A DNA stretch of 64,000 nt from an uncultured Planctomycetaceae bacterium (GCA_963833985.1 CAWIAD010000002.1:4032001-4096000), one strand, 5' to 3'. Shown: positions 35,006-46,148, numbered from the stretch's first letter. Numbers and translations: made by a program. The notes: generated by a model from the sequence alone, not told the origin.

Positions 35006-37572
35006 ATGATGAAGCCCGCTCGCGTGTTCAACCCGTCCGGCGCGATCACGATCCGCGGCGCCCGGGTGCACAATCTGAAGAATGTCGACCTCGACGTGCC
35101 GCGCGATCGCCTGGTTGTCTTCACGGGTGTGAGCGGGTCCGGCAAGAGCTCGCTGGCTTTCGACACCATCTTCGCCGAGGGGCAGCGCCGCTACATTGAT
35201 TGCCTCTCCAGCTTTGCCCGCCAGTTCCTGGACCAGCTGGAACGCCCGGACGTCGACCTGATCGAGGGCCTGCCGCCCACGGTGGCCATCGATCAGAAGG
35301 CCGGCCAGGCCAGTCCGCGCAGCACGGTCGGCACCATCACCGAGATTCACGACCACCTGCGCCTGCTGTATGCCCGGCTGGGTACGCCGTTCTGCCCGCA
35401 CTGCCGCGTGGCCATCCACCGGCAGACGCCCGAGCAAATGGTAGCGCACGTCCTGGCTCTGCCGCAGGGCCGTAAGGTGATGCTCCTCGCGCCCTGGTGC
35501 GCGGTCGCAAGGGCCAGCACCTCGAGGTCTTTCAGTCCATCCGCCGGGCGGGCCTGATCCGCGCCCGCGTGGACGGCCAGATCGTCGAGGTGACCGATCA
35601 GCCGCCCAGGCTGGCGAAGGCGAAGGCCCACCAGATCGAAGCGGTCGTGGACCGGCTGGTCATCCGCGACGGCATCCGTACCCGCCTGACCGAGAGCCTG
35701 GACCTGGCCCTCAAGCTCGCCGAAGGCGTGGTCGTGATCACCGCCGAGACGGACCAGGGATGGGAAGACCAGGTGCTCAGCCGCGAGCTTTCCTGCCCCG
35801 CCTGCGGCGCAGGGTTGCTTCCGCTGGAACCGCGCGGCTTCAGCTTCAACAGTCCCCAGGGCGCCTGCCCGCAATGCGAGGGGCTGGGGACCGTTCCCAA
35901 CCCGGCGCCCACTCCCGGATTCGGCGATGAGAAAGTGATCTGCCCTGCCTGCGGTGGCACGCGTCTCCGGCCGGAGGCCCGCGCCGTGCGCGTCGGCGGC
36001 CGGTCCATCGACGAGCTCTCCGCCCTGGCCATCAGCGCGCTGCGGGCCGAGATCGAGCGCATACCTTTCGACCCGGCCGCCGAGCCGGTCGCGCGGCCGA
36101 TCGTCCGCGAGATCACCGGCCGCCTGGGTTTCCTGGAAGAAGTGGGACTGGGCTACCTGACACTGGCCCGTGGGTCCGACACGCTTTCGGGCGGGGAGCT
36201 CCAGCGCGCCCGGCTGGCCACTCAACTGGGCGCGGGGCTGGTGGGCGTTGGCTACGTGCTCGACGAGCCGACCGCCGGCCTGCACCCGTGCGACACCGAC
36301 CGGCTCATCGCCAGCCTGCGCAAGCTTCAGGCCCAGGGCAACAGCCTGCTGGTCGTCGAGCACGACGAGGCCGTCATCCGCGCGGCGGACTGGGTGATCG
36401 ACCTTGGCCCCGGTGCCGGTCCCGACGGCGGCCGGCTGGTGGCGGCCGGCCGCCCCGAGCAGCTTGCCATGGCTGCCGGCTCCATCACCGGCCGCTACCT
36501 GCGCGAACGCACAGCGCCATCGCCGGGCAACCGCACGCGCACCGCGCCCGACGATACGGGCGGCTGGATCGTCATCAAGAATGCACAGCAGCACAACCTC
36601 AAGGACGTCACCGCGCGGATCCCGCTGGGCCGGCTCACCTGCGTCACGGGCGTGAGCGGATCCGGTAAGAGCACGCTGGTGCACGACGTCCTGGCGCGGG
36701 AGTATCGGCGACTGGCCCGGCAGCAACCGGTTGATCGCGCTGCCTCTGCGGTGCTCCAGGGCATCGAGCAGATCACCATGCTCATCGAGGTCGATCAGGG
36801 TCCCATCGGCCGCAGTCCGCGCTCCACGCCCGCCACCTTCACCGGCGTCTTCGACGGCATTCGCAAGGTCTTCGCGGCGACGCGCCAGGCGAAGCTGCGC
36901 GGCTACGGCGCGGCGCGGTTCAGCTTCAATGCACGCGGCGGGCGCTGCGAGGCCTGCGAGGGCCAGGGCCGGCGCAGGGTTCCCATGCAATTCCTGCCTG
37001 ATCTTTATGTCACCTGCGCGGAGTGCCAGGGCCAGCGCTTCAACCGCCAGACTCTGGAGATCCGCTTCAAGGGCAAATCGATCGGCGACGTGCTCGACCT
37101 GCAGGTGGATGAGGCCCGCTCATTCTTCGCCGCGCAGCCGCGCGTGCTGCCGGGCCTGGACGCCCTGCATGACGTGGGCGTGGGCTATCTGACGCTGGGC
37201 CAGTCCAGCACCACGCTCTCCGGCGGCGAGGCCCAGCGCATCAAGCTGGCGGCCGAGCTTGCCCGGCCCGCCGCCGGCCATTGCCTGTACATGCTCGACG
37301 AGCCGACGACCGGATTGCACTTTGCCGACATCGACCGGCTGATGCACATCCTCAATCGCCTGGTGGACCAGGGCCACACCGTGGTGGTGATCGAGCACAA
37401 TCTGGACGTCATCGCCGCCGCTGACTGGCTGATCGACCTTGGCCCCGACGGCGGCGACGCCGGCGGCACCCTGGTTGCCATGGGCCCACCGGAAGTCGTC
37501 GCGTCTGTCCCCGCGAGCCGGACAGGACACTACCTGCGGCAGCGGTCCAGCGCAGCCACGCAGGCCGGCTGA
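35006..37572 (+). CDS. uvrA: Excinuclease ABC subunit A family protein (short form); frameshift near 35495
   Basis: [42 protein letters not shown] twice, LDEPT twice and a second GVSGSGKST. Confidence 0.9.
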
Positions 37573-37684
37573 CACCGTGCCGGCTTGGCTTCAGGCCGCC
37601 GTCGAAACCTGGTCCGCCCTCGCCACGCGAAGTTGCGGCGAGGCAGTCAAGGGCGCATCGAGCACCGTGGTGCCAGCCCGCAGA

Positions 37685-38469
37685 TCACGGCCTGACGGCC
37701 GCGCGGCCGAAGTCTTCATGCGGCAGCGATCCGCGCGTGCTCGCCGTGGTATCGAGGGCTTCCAGCAGCGCGTCCACGTCGGCGAAGGGGCGATCTCCGG
37801 CATGGACCCAGCGGACCGTGCCTTCGCGGTCGACGATGAACGTTCCATGCAGGGCTTCTCCGTCGTCCCTGGTGCCGCCGGGAAATGGCTTCCAGACCCC
37901 GTAGGAGAGGGCGACGGCATGGTCGGAATCACTCAGGAGCGGGATCTGGAAACTGCCGAACCGCCGCATACGATCGCGCGAAAAGTTCGGGCTGTCGGCA
38001 CTGACGGCCCAGACCACCGCGCCCGCGCGCGGATTCGAGGCATCGCCTGCTCCAGTTCCACCAGATGGGTCACGCATGCCATGCAAGTGGAACCGAGGTA
38101 AAAGACCAGCACCACCGGCCCGTTCGCGGCCACGGCGCCCAGGTCGTGCGGCTTCCCCCACGCGTCCTCCAGCACGAGCGGCGGGGCCGGCCGGCCAAGG
38201 AGCGGATGGGCCTGGGTAGGGATCCGGTGTCCAGTTTCGTCCTCAGACTCATTGAAGGTCGAGACGGACCGAATTCGCTCGTCCATGATCTGCCGCATGA
38301 GGTCCACCTGGACGACGCCCCGGGTGTGACCGGTGTCATCGACCTTCGACCGCTGGAATACTCCTGGTACCGGCCGCGCAGGCCGCTGGCCGTGGAGCGT
38401 CCACCACGCCCAGGCCGCCGAGACGGTGATGACCGCAATCAAGCCCGATGCGCGCGTGAGTCTCTTCAT
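37685..38469 (-). CDS. Membrane-anchored AhpC/TSA (redoxin) family protein; frameshift near 38030
   Basis: N-terminal TM, GRPAPPLVL..GPVVLVFYLGSTCMAC, then in a second frame VWAVSAD..IPLLSDSDHAVALSYG..HGTFIVDREGTVRW. Confidence 0.8.
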
Positions 38470-38491
38470 GGGAAGCACGGCCAGCCTCCGC

Positions 38492-38866
38492 TCAATCGAA
38501 GAACGGTTTCGACTCGCGCAGCAGATACGCCTCTTTCTCGGCCTCGCCCCAATCTCCGGCCTGGGCTTTCTGGATGATCTCCTGGAGATCCTTGTGGCTC
38601 GCATCGGAGAGCTCGCCCGCGTCGTGACGCTCCTCGATGCGCCTCATGTCCCTGTCCAGCTCGTTCTTGTTCCGCAGCGTGATGGCCGTCAGCAGCGCCT
38701 CGAGCTCGCGGCGGTTCTTGTACTCCCGTTCCGAAGGCTCGCCACAGCCGGCCAGCGTGAGTCCGACCGCGATCGCCAGAAGCCAGACCGTTCGCAGCCC
38801 CCGAACGCGTCCCCGGCGCTGATCCGGATCGCTGGACCGAGGCAGTCCCTCAATAGGCGTCAGCAC
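38492..38866 (-). CDS. Small putative lipoprotein
   Basis: Hydrophobic stretch ending in lipobox LAGC; lies between the DUF1559 gene and the redoxin gene; start uncertain. Confidence 0.7.
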   Translation of the reverse strand: MLTPIEGLPRSSDPDQRRGRVRGLRTVWLLAIAVGLTLAGCGEPSEREYKNRRELEALLTAITLRNKNELDRDMRRIEERHDAGELSDASHKDLQEIIQKAQAGDWGEAEKEAYLLRESKPFFD

Positions 38867-39896
38867 TGATCACCTCCCCGTTGCTGCGGCTGCTCAGAGC
38901 GCTCCACGTCCTCAGGTTGATGGATTGCTTGATGAAACGGACCGATCCGTCGCCCAGCAGGACATTGGCCCCGCCAGGGTGGAGCGCGTACATCTCATCG
39001 GTGTGCCCAAGGGGGCTGTTCGGGGGATGGATGACGACCGGGTCTTCGTACAGCGAGGGGCCGCTATGAGCCGCCAGGATGGCGTTGGCGTAGTCGAAGT
39101 TGACCCCGAGCCCGCCCGTGCCCAGACTGGCGAAGGCATTGTAGGCGAAGTGCCGGTAGCCGGGGATGATGCCCACCCAGGTGGCGTCCGACAGGTAGGG
39201 CGTGCGCTCGCCGGCGAAGACCGTGTTGCTCAGGCCGTCGGTCACGCCGGCGAACCGGATGCGGCTGTTCCGAAAGATTGGCCCGTTGCAGCCGGTCACC
39301 GTGTTGTCGTAATTCACGGTCACCGGCATGCCCGAATCATTCCAGCCGACGTTGTAAACGTAGTTCGATCGCGCGAAGGACTGGTTCGCCACGGGCAAAG
39401 GGATCAGGTTCGCGTCGACCATCGCGCAGTTCGGCGACGGGTTGTTGGCCGAAGGGCAGACGAAGACGCTCATTTGCGTGATGACGGCCGTGCTGTTGCC
39501 GGCCACCCACGTGGGCAGGTTCACGTTGATCGCGTTCGAGAGCGTGCCCTGCTCAAGCTGGGGCAGCAACATCGCCAGCCAGCCCCAGCCGGGCCCGTTG
39601 TCGCCCGTCTGCGGGTCGGGGTTGTAACCCGGTACGCCCAGAACGGGCAGGGGACCGGTGACGCTGATGTATCCCGAAACGATGCAGCCGACGGCCGACT
39701 CGTAGTTCGCGATCGCCAGGCCAATCTGCTTCATGTTGTTGGTGCATTGCGCGCGTCGGGCCGCCTCGCGGGCCGACTGCACCGCCGGCAGCAACAGGGA
39801 GATCAGAACGGCGATGATGGCGATGACCACCAACAGTTCGATCAGGGTGAAACCACCTCGCCTTGCTCGCTGCAATCGACCTGAAAGCATTCTCAT
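38850..39896 (-). CDS. DUF1559-domain prepilin-type protein (planctomycete family)
   Basis: GFTLIELLVVIAIIAVLISLLLPAVQSAREAARRAQCTNNMKQIGLA, VTDGLSNT and an H-X9-DG motif (HPGGANVLLGDGSVRF). Confidence 0.95.
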   Translation of the reverse strand: MRMLSGRLQRARRGGFTLIELLVVIAIIAVLISLLLPAVQSAREAARRAQCTNNMKQIGLAIANYESAVGCIVSGYISVTGPLPVLGVPGYNPDPQTGDNGPGWGWLAMLLPQLEQGTLSNAINVNLPTWVAGNSTAVITQMSVFVCPSANNPSPNCAMVDANLIPLPVANQSFARSNYVYNVGWNDSGMPVTVNYDNTVTGCNGPIFRNSRIRFAGVTDGLSNTVFAGERTPYLSDATWVGIIPGYRHFAYNAFASLGTGGLGVNFDYANAILAAHSGPSLYEDPVVIHPPNSPLGHTDEMYALHPGGANVLLGDGSVRFIKQSINLRTWSALSSRSNGEVISADAY

Positions 39897-40057
39897 CACT
39901 CCATGATCGACGTGGAAGCACGCGATCACGGAGAATCCTAACGCAAGTCTTTTGGTGGTGCAATGGAGATTTTTGGGTAACCAAAATTTTATCGCCTACT
40001 CTTGCGAACAATGAGATTCATGACGTCAAAGCGACGGACCCAGGGACCGTGGTGGCC

Positions 40058-41787
40058 CTACCGAGCCTTCTTGATCCGGAGGTTCCGGTATTCGACCACG
40101 TTGAGCTCGGACTGGAGCGCGAGCGGACCTTTGTCCGGGATGGTGAGGGTGGCTTCGAGCAGCTCGCCGTTACAGGTGCATCGCGCCTTTGTGCCGGTGA
40201 CGACCACCTCGATCGCATTCCAGTCGCCATCATTGTAGGACCTGAGGGTCTTGTAAGGGCCGACCCGCGGGTAGTCACGGATCTGAAGCTGGTGTGCGAA
40301 CGCCTTATCGCGCAGGTGCAGCCCGCTATTGGCGTTCCTGGAGGCGCGGAATTCCAGGCGGAGGGTGAAGTCGCCGTCATAAGACTCCACCGTGTCGATC
40401 TCGGCCATCTTGAGGGGCGTGTCCTTCGAGCCGTTGATCACGAGCATGCCGTCCCGGACCGCGAAACGGCGGTCCTCGGATGCCGTCTTCCCGGCCAGCT
40501 CGGTGCTGCCCTGCCGCCAGCCGGTCAGGTCCTTCCCGTTGAAGAGGGGCAGGAAACCCGGCTCAGCGGCGGGCGCGGCGGTGAGAGGAGCCGTGGCGAA
40601 GGGTCGCGCGGGTGCAGCTCCGGAGGGCGAGCCTGCGGAGGGTGCTGCGCCTGGTGCTGCAGCTGGCGGGCCCGGTCGCGATCCGGCGCCGCGGCCCTGC
40701 CCGATGGGACGGGGCGGGTTGGCGACGTGGGCGGCCACTTCCCTGGCGGCTCTGGTCTCCACGCCCGGTTTCTGGAGGAATCCGAGATCCCGAGCCCAGT
40801 CGATGAAGCGATACTGCCAGGTGCCGAAGGGTATGCCGTTGCGGTCGGTCAATCCGCCGGACATGCGGCTCCCATCCGGCAACGGGTCACCCGGGTGCCG
40901 TCCGTTCCCGTAAAGGTGCATCTCCACGTTCGGCACGCCGGCGGCCAGCATTGCCTGGTAGTAATCGAGGGTCCAGAAGGCGTGGACGCGGTCGCCGGCA
41001 CTGGCGCAGACGAGGAATGCGGGCGGGACGTCCTTCGGAACCACCGGCGCCGTGCGGTTGCGGGCGAAGGGCGTTGGGCCGGGGTAGATGAGGCCGACGA
41101 AGTCCGGCGCGAGGAAGTGCCGGCAAACGGGTCCGACGTGCCGTTGTTCGTCCTGTCCCAGTCGTCGTAGAGCAAGGCGGCCGGCGCAGCCAGCTCTGCG
41201 CCCGCGGAGAAGCCCATGACGCCGATCTTCCTGGGGTCGATGCCCCATTGCCTGGTGTAGGCGCGGACGACCCGGACGGCCTGCTGAGCGTCGTGGACGG
41301 CATCAACCTCGGCCACATAGCCGTCCGCGCGCAGCCGGTTCCGCAGGATGACCGTGTTGATGCCGTAATTGTAGAAGAAGGGGACGAAGTCGGCGGCCTC
41401 GCCACCCACGTTCAGCGTCCGGTGGCCACCTCCGGCGATGGCGATCACCGCGGTGCCCGTGTTGATGGACTTCTCCACGAGGTGGACTTCGATCGAGGGA
41501 TTGTGGATGGAGACGATGCTGGAGATCCGGCCGGGGACCGCCTGGCTCATGTGGTAAATCTCGGGCACGTGCAGCCTGTCAGCCTTCAGGTAGGGTGAAT
41601 CGGGCGGGAAGAGTGTGACCACGATGCCGCCGGGCAGGATGGCCTGGGGCGCGTACGGCCGGCCGGTGTCGGCCGCCGTCTTTGGCACGGACTGGGGTGC
41701 CGGCAGCGCGGGCAGCAAAGCCTTCTCCTGCGCCACCGCAGATGCGCCGAGGAAGGCGCAAACGGAGAACAGTGCTGTTCGTCTCAT
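40058..41787 (-). CDS. Secreted alpha/beta-hydrolase (xylan esterase-like) fused to a DUF1080 (3-keto-disaccharide hydrolase-like) domain; frameshift near 41115
   Basis: Signal peptide from 41787, AGGGH and GFSAG nucleophile motif. The second frame has PDFVGLIYPG, EMHLYGNGRH, a Pro/Ala linker, LFNGKDLTGW, NSGLHLR and GPLALQSE..YRNLRIK. Confidence 0.8.
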
Positions 41788-41910
41788 CGGTTCTTGAACC
41801 TCTGTGTTTGTCGCAGTCGCCACACCACTGCCGCAGTTGCCGCGCAATGAGCACAGGGGTCATCTTACCGGGTCCTGGCTCGACCAGGGACACCCGGATG
41901 GCAACCAGAT

Positions 41911-44900
41911 TCAAGGCCGCTCGGCGACCAGACGGAAGCGGCCCTCGCCGTAGAGGAGGTAGTTGGCCCAGTCGGGGAGCTTCTGCTCCCGCAGCCTGGC
42001 GCGGGCGAGCGTCACGGCGTTTTCCAGCGTTTTGCCGACGGAGAGCTGTGTGTAGACCTCGGCGGAGAAGACCTGGGCGGCCTCGTCGTTCACGGTCCAG
42101 AAGGTTCCCAGGTAAGCCTCCGCGCCGGCACGCAGGAAGAACTCGGCGAACGAGGCGGCCTCGCTGGTCACCTCGCCGCGCACCCGGCCCGCCTGGCAGG
42201 CATTGACGAAGGCCACCCGCGGAAGTTCCAGGCCGTGCAGGTCGGCCAGGGTGAGCCGCTCGCCGCCGGCCAGCACCAGGCCGCTGCCGCTCTCGCCGGG
42301 ACCGGCGAAGTAGGCGTGTCCGCAGTAGTGCAGCAAGTCCGCTCCGGGCAGGGCCTCCCGCAGCGCAAGCTTGGTCGCCTCGCCTCCGCGCAGCACACGA
42401 AGCTTGACCCGTACCTGGAGTTGCCGGAGCAAGGCCTCGACGGCCCGGCCCTCCTCGTCGGCGCCGGGGAGGTTCTCCGTCGGGTCGATCACCAGCAGCA
42501 CGTGGAACTCCTGGGCCCGAGGCGGTCGTGCGAAGAGCCGGTCCACGGGTACTCCCGGCACGGCGAGCCTGCGGCTCAGGCCGGCGCCTGTGGCCGGCGC
42601 GCCAGAGCCCGGCGCAACGATCGTCTCGAACGGCAGGCGCGAAGACGCGACGTCGTGCACGATGACGACCCGGGCGCCGGCCGTGCGGGCGAGCATCTGC
42701 TCGGCCTGGTCGCCCAGGATCAACCGGGCCAGCGCCTGGCCGCGCGCTTGCAGGGAAGGTAGGTCCGGCGTACTCCGCTGGCCGGGACCGCAGCCCGCGG
42801 CCAGCCCGCAGAGCTCGGCTTCGCTCAGCGCCTGCCGCCGGAAGTCGACCACGGTACTGCCGGCCGGCGGGAGCACGGTCACCACAAGCTGGGCGTCTTC
42901 ATGGCTGACGTGCACGACGAGAGGCTCGTCGCGCGGGGGCTCGGCCAGCTCGGAGACCTCCTCGATCCGGGTGGTCAGCTTGACGCCCGGGTCGGCGGCG
43001 AGCAGATCGCGGAGGGCCTCGAAGCGCTGCACGTCGTGCTCGAACCAGGTGACGCTGGCGTGGCCGGCGAGCGCGCCCAGTGCGCTCAGCATCTCGCGCG
43101 CGGCCGGTCTGGCGTCCTCGGTGACGTTCCCGCCATAGGTCACCACGCCAACCCGCCGCAAGCCGTACTGCCGCGCCATGGCGGCCGTCTGGCGGGCCGC
43201 ATCGGCGACCTGTTTTTCGATGGCCCCGGCCTCCCTGACCGATCCCAGGGATGCCAGGTAGACCCAGTCGGCGTCGATACCCGAGCGGCTGGCGCTGACC
43301 AACCGTGAGCCGGAGCGGCGGACGGCGGACGCACGGCCGCCCGTGGCGCGATCGATCACGGCCGCGGCCCCTCCGAGTGGCACATCGTCAAAGCTGGCGA
43401 CGGCGATCGCGTCCAGCTCGTGCGCGCCAGCCACGCTGCCGTGAACCAGCTCCACAAGCAGCTTGCCGGAGGCGGCTCTGCTGTTCAGGTTCAGCAACCC
43501 GCGGAGGATGAGTGACGTGATGCGCACGGTGTCACGCGAGCGCAGGAGCTCTCGGTTCTGCGCCGCGGTCAGGCCGTTCCAGGCCATGGAAGCCTGGTCG
43601 GAGAGCAGGAGCGGGAGGCCGGCGGCCTTGATTGCCTGCGCCAGGCCTTCCAGAGAGACCGGGAGTCCGAGCTTGTCCCGGTACGGGTCGTGGTCCACGG
43701 TCTCGGCCAGGGTGCGAACGCGTTCCACGCCCACCCACGTGGCGTCCTTCATCCGGTCGGGAATCTCGCGGTCTTCCAGCAGGTCGGCCACGAGGGCCGC
43801 GGCCCCGCCGAAGCCGCCCACGACGTACAGCGGCTGGCCGATCTCGAGCGACCGCCAGGCCTCCTCGACCACACCCGGAAAGCGCCCCGTGTAGCCCTCG
43901 CCCGGCGGCTCGCGGCGCGGCTCGGCTGCGCCGCCGATGAGCACGCGCGCGGCGGTCGTCCGCGCCATCACGCGCCGCATGTCCGAAAGGTAAAGCGACG
44001 GGTGATGCGCGGCCTGCTCGCTGGCCGGCAGAATCGCCAGTGCGGCCACGTCGTCGAGTGACGCCAGGTGGTGCAAGGTCATCGGCACGCTCGACGGAAT
44101 CTCGTCGATGCGGCTGGACGCTGTGAGGTAGCTGTGAAGGAACTCCGCGGGGTGTGCGGCCGTCTGGTTGTAAGCCCGGATCAACTCGGCGAGCAGAAGT
44201 GTGTAGCCTTGCCCGGCGGCATTGTTCGTCACCATCGGGCGATAGTCGCCACCGTACGCGATGGCCGCCCCGGCCGAGATGAGCGTCCTGGCGATATGCA
44301 CGGTCAAGTCGACGAAGTGATGCCTGGTCCACCCTTCGGGCCCGTTCAGATCGGGACTGTCCGAGAGCGACATGGCCACCTGGAGCCCTTGCAAGGGTGC
44401 GAATCCCGGGCTGCCCGTGTCGCGGCTCAGCACATGACGGTAGGCCGTTGTGGGCGTGACGAGATGAAGGCGCGGATTGGCCGCCATCAACACCTGGCGT
44501 TCCTGGGTGGAAAGCTCCGGGTCCGGGTGCATCACAAGCTGGGGCGAAGCACTGCGCAAGGGGCCCTGGGCCATATCGAGCAGCTCGGGCGGGCGAATGA
44601 GGATGTCGGCTTCGGGCAGCCCGGCCGCCTCGCAGACGCGCACGGCCTCGCGCAGGAAGTGCACGGACCTCAGCCACTCGATCATGGCCTGGAGCACGAC
44701 CTGCCCCGCGGGGTCGTGCCCCTGGTTCCAGACCACGGTGGGGCTGTTCCCGCCGTAGGGGAGGCTCCTGCGCTCGCCCTTCTGGAGCAGCTCGACCGTG
44801 AGCGTGGGCAAGCCGTGCTTCTTGGCTGCGAGCAGCTCGCGCTGGCACCAGATCCGCGAGCTGTAAGAATCGCCCCGCACGGCGACGAACACGCCCCGGC

Positions 44901-45543
44901 TGGCCGCGAAGTCAATCTGTTCCTGAAGCGATTCGCCGGAGAGCAGCTCGGTCGTGTCGAAAAACGCGTTCGCCGTGGCGTTCGTCTTCGCGTAGTGGGC
45001 GATCTTCTCGGCGGCCTGCTGGGTGGGAACCAGGTCGGACTTGGCATGCGAGACGAACAGCGTGGTTTCCCTGCGGTCCCGGGACAGCAGCCGTGAGACC
45101 GCAAGCACGATCTCCAGCAGGGTCGACGCCCGGCGCGGCTGCGTCCCGTACAGCTCGGTGAGAACCAGCTTTCCGGGGAGCTCGGCCTCGGCGTTCCGCC
45201 AGACCTCGTCCACCGGTACGGGAAGCACGTGGCCAGGTCCGAGAAGCTCGTGCCAGCGGCGGATGCGCCGGATCGTCGCGTCCCGGTTCAGGGCGAAGGA
45301 GAACCTTCCCAGCACCGGGATCACCGCGACGGTTTCCGCGCAGTCCAGGTTCACGTGATCTGGATCAACCGCGCTGAGGATCGGGATTGATGCACCGAAG
45401 GCGAGCGGGTCCTGCACGGGACGCGTGAGGTTGTCGTAGAGGTCGAGCCCCAGGGAGGAGGCGGCGGCGCGTTCGCCCGGGTGGAAAGCGACGGTGAGAA
45501 CAACCAGGACGGGCCGCGCCGGAGCGTCGTTCGCTGTGGTCAT
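41911..45543 (-). CDS. Multidomain putative immune protein: degenerate TIR-like + TIR + SLOG + macro-like + CHAT (caspase-like protease)
   Basis: TIR: LFVSHAKSD..FFD..YSSRIWCQRELL. SLOG: VAMSLSDS..AYGGD..LSDMRR..ARVLIGG..PGVVEEA..PLYVVGGFGGAA. Macro-like: VELVHGSV..DAIAV..GGAAAVIDRA. CHAT: DPTENLPGADEE, LLHYCGH, FVNACQ, YLGTFWTV, WANYLLYG. One uninterrupted frame of about 1210 aa. Confidence 0.85.
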   Translation of the reverse strand: MTTANDAPARPVLVVLTVAFHPGERAAASSLGLDLYDNLTRPVQDPLAFGASIPILSAVDPDHVNLDCAETVAVIPVLGRFSFALNRDATIRRIRRWHELLGPGHVLPVPVDEVWRNAEAELPGKLVLTELYGTQPRRASTLLEIVLAVSRLLSRDRRETTLFVSHAKSDLVPTQQAAEKIAHYAKTNATANAFFDTTELLSGESLQEQIDFAASRGVFVAVRGDSYSSRIWCQRELLAAKKHGLPTLTVELLQKGERRSLPYGGNSPTVVWNQGHDPAGQVVLQAMIEWLRSVHFLREAVRVCEAAGLPEADILIRPPELLDMAQGPLRSASPQLVMHPDPELSTQERQVLMAANPRLHLVTPTTAYRHVLSRDTGSPGFAPLQGLQVAMSLSDSPDLNGPEGWTRHHFVDLTVHIARTLISAGAAIAYGGDYRPMVTNNAAGQGYTLLLAELIRAYNQTAAHPAEFLHSYLTASSRIDEIPSSVPMTLHHLASLDDVAALAILPASEQAAHHPSLYLSDMRRVMARTTAARVLIGGAAEPRREPPGEGYTGRFPGVVEEAWRSLEIGQPLYVVGGFGGAAALVADLLEDREIPDRMKDATWVGVERVRTLAETVDHDPYRDKLGLPVSLEGLAQAIKAAGLPLLLSDQASMAWNGLTAAQNRELLRSRDTVRITSLILRGLLNLNSRAASGKLLVELVHGSVAGAHELDAIAVASFDDVPLGGAAAVIDRATGGRASAVRRSGSRLVSASRSGIDADWVYLASLGSVREAGAIEKQVADAARQTAAMARQYGLRRVGVVTYGGNVTEDARPAAREMLSALGALAGHASVTWFEHDVQRFEALRDLLAADPGVKLTTRIEEVSELAEPPRDEPLVVHVSHEDAQLVVTVLPPAGSTVVDFRRQALSEAELCGLAAGCGPGQRSTPDLPSLQARGQALARLILGDQAEQMLARTAGARVVIVHDVASSRLPFETIVAPGSGAPATGAGLSRRLAVPGVPVDRLFARPPRAQEFHVLLVIDPTENLPGADEEGRAVEALLRQLQVRVKLRVLRGGEATKLALREALPGADLLHYCGHAYFAGPGESGSGLVLAGGERLTLADLHGLELPRVAFVNACQAGRVRGEVTSEAASFAEFFLRAGAEAYLGTFWTVNDEAAQVFSAEVYTQLSVGKTLENAVTLARARLREQKLPDWANYLLYGEGRFRLVAERP

Positions 45544-46148
45544 TCCCACCCCCCGCGCCGGTATTCGGCGTCGCTGACGGAACGCGGCAGGCGCCGGCCT
45601 ACCGGTCTGGGCGCGTCCTGTCGCAACCATCCGGGGCCGGAGATGCCGAGATGGCTCCGCACCCCGGCACGCGTCCGGAAACCTCATAGAACGGTATAGT
45701 CGGACAGCCGATCGTGTCCAAGGAAAAACGCGCACGGTTTTCCGGTGCACGGTCTCTTTTCGGAGCCGCAACATGACGAGACGTGGTAGTCTGGCAGCGC
45801 CGGCACCAGGTGTGGAAGGTTGCGCTCCGGCCGTCGATCTCCTGTCGAGTTCGATCTGCCAGCGCGGCGCGGCCGAGGCACCAGCCGGGAATTTCGGACT
45901 GTGGACCTGTTTGTTGATTGCAGTTGTGTCTCTTCATCCGCGACCGTCCCGCGGCCCGCGCGATTGACGACCACCGGTCGGGGCCCCAGAATGATCATGC
46001 GCTGATCGCGTCTACCGGGGAATCGGGAGGATGCGTTCTGGAAAGCAAGTCCGCGACGACTCTGATCTCTGGGCGACTCCTCCGGTGAGTCTCTCCTTTG
46101 CTCCAGGTTCGAGCCACTCTCAATCTCATGAGAAAGATGGAGGTCCGA

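Noticed and set aside
45544..45774. N-terminal extension of the TIR-SLOG-CHAT ORF (and similar extensions of ORFs starting at 5354, 26645, 51094, 57243, 61117 and 61784)
   Set aside because: Arg/Pro-rich, non-protein-like sequence upstream of better starts with an RBS or signal peptide.
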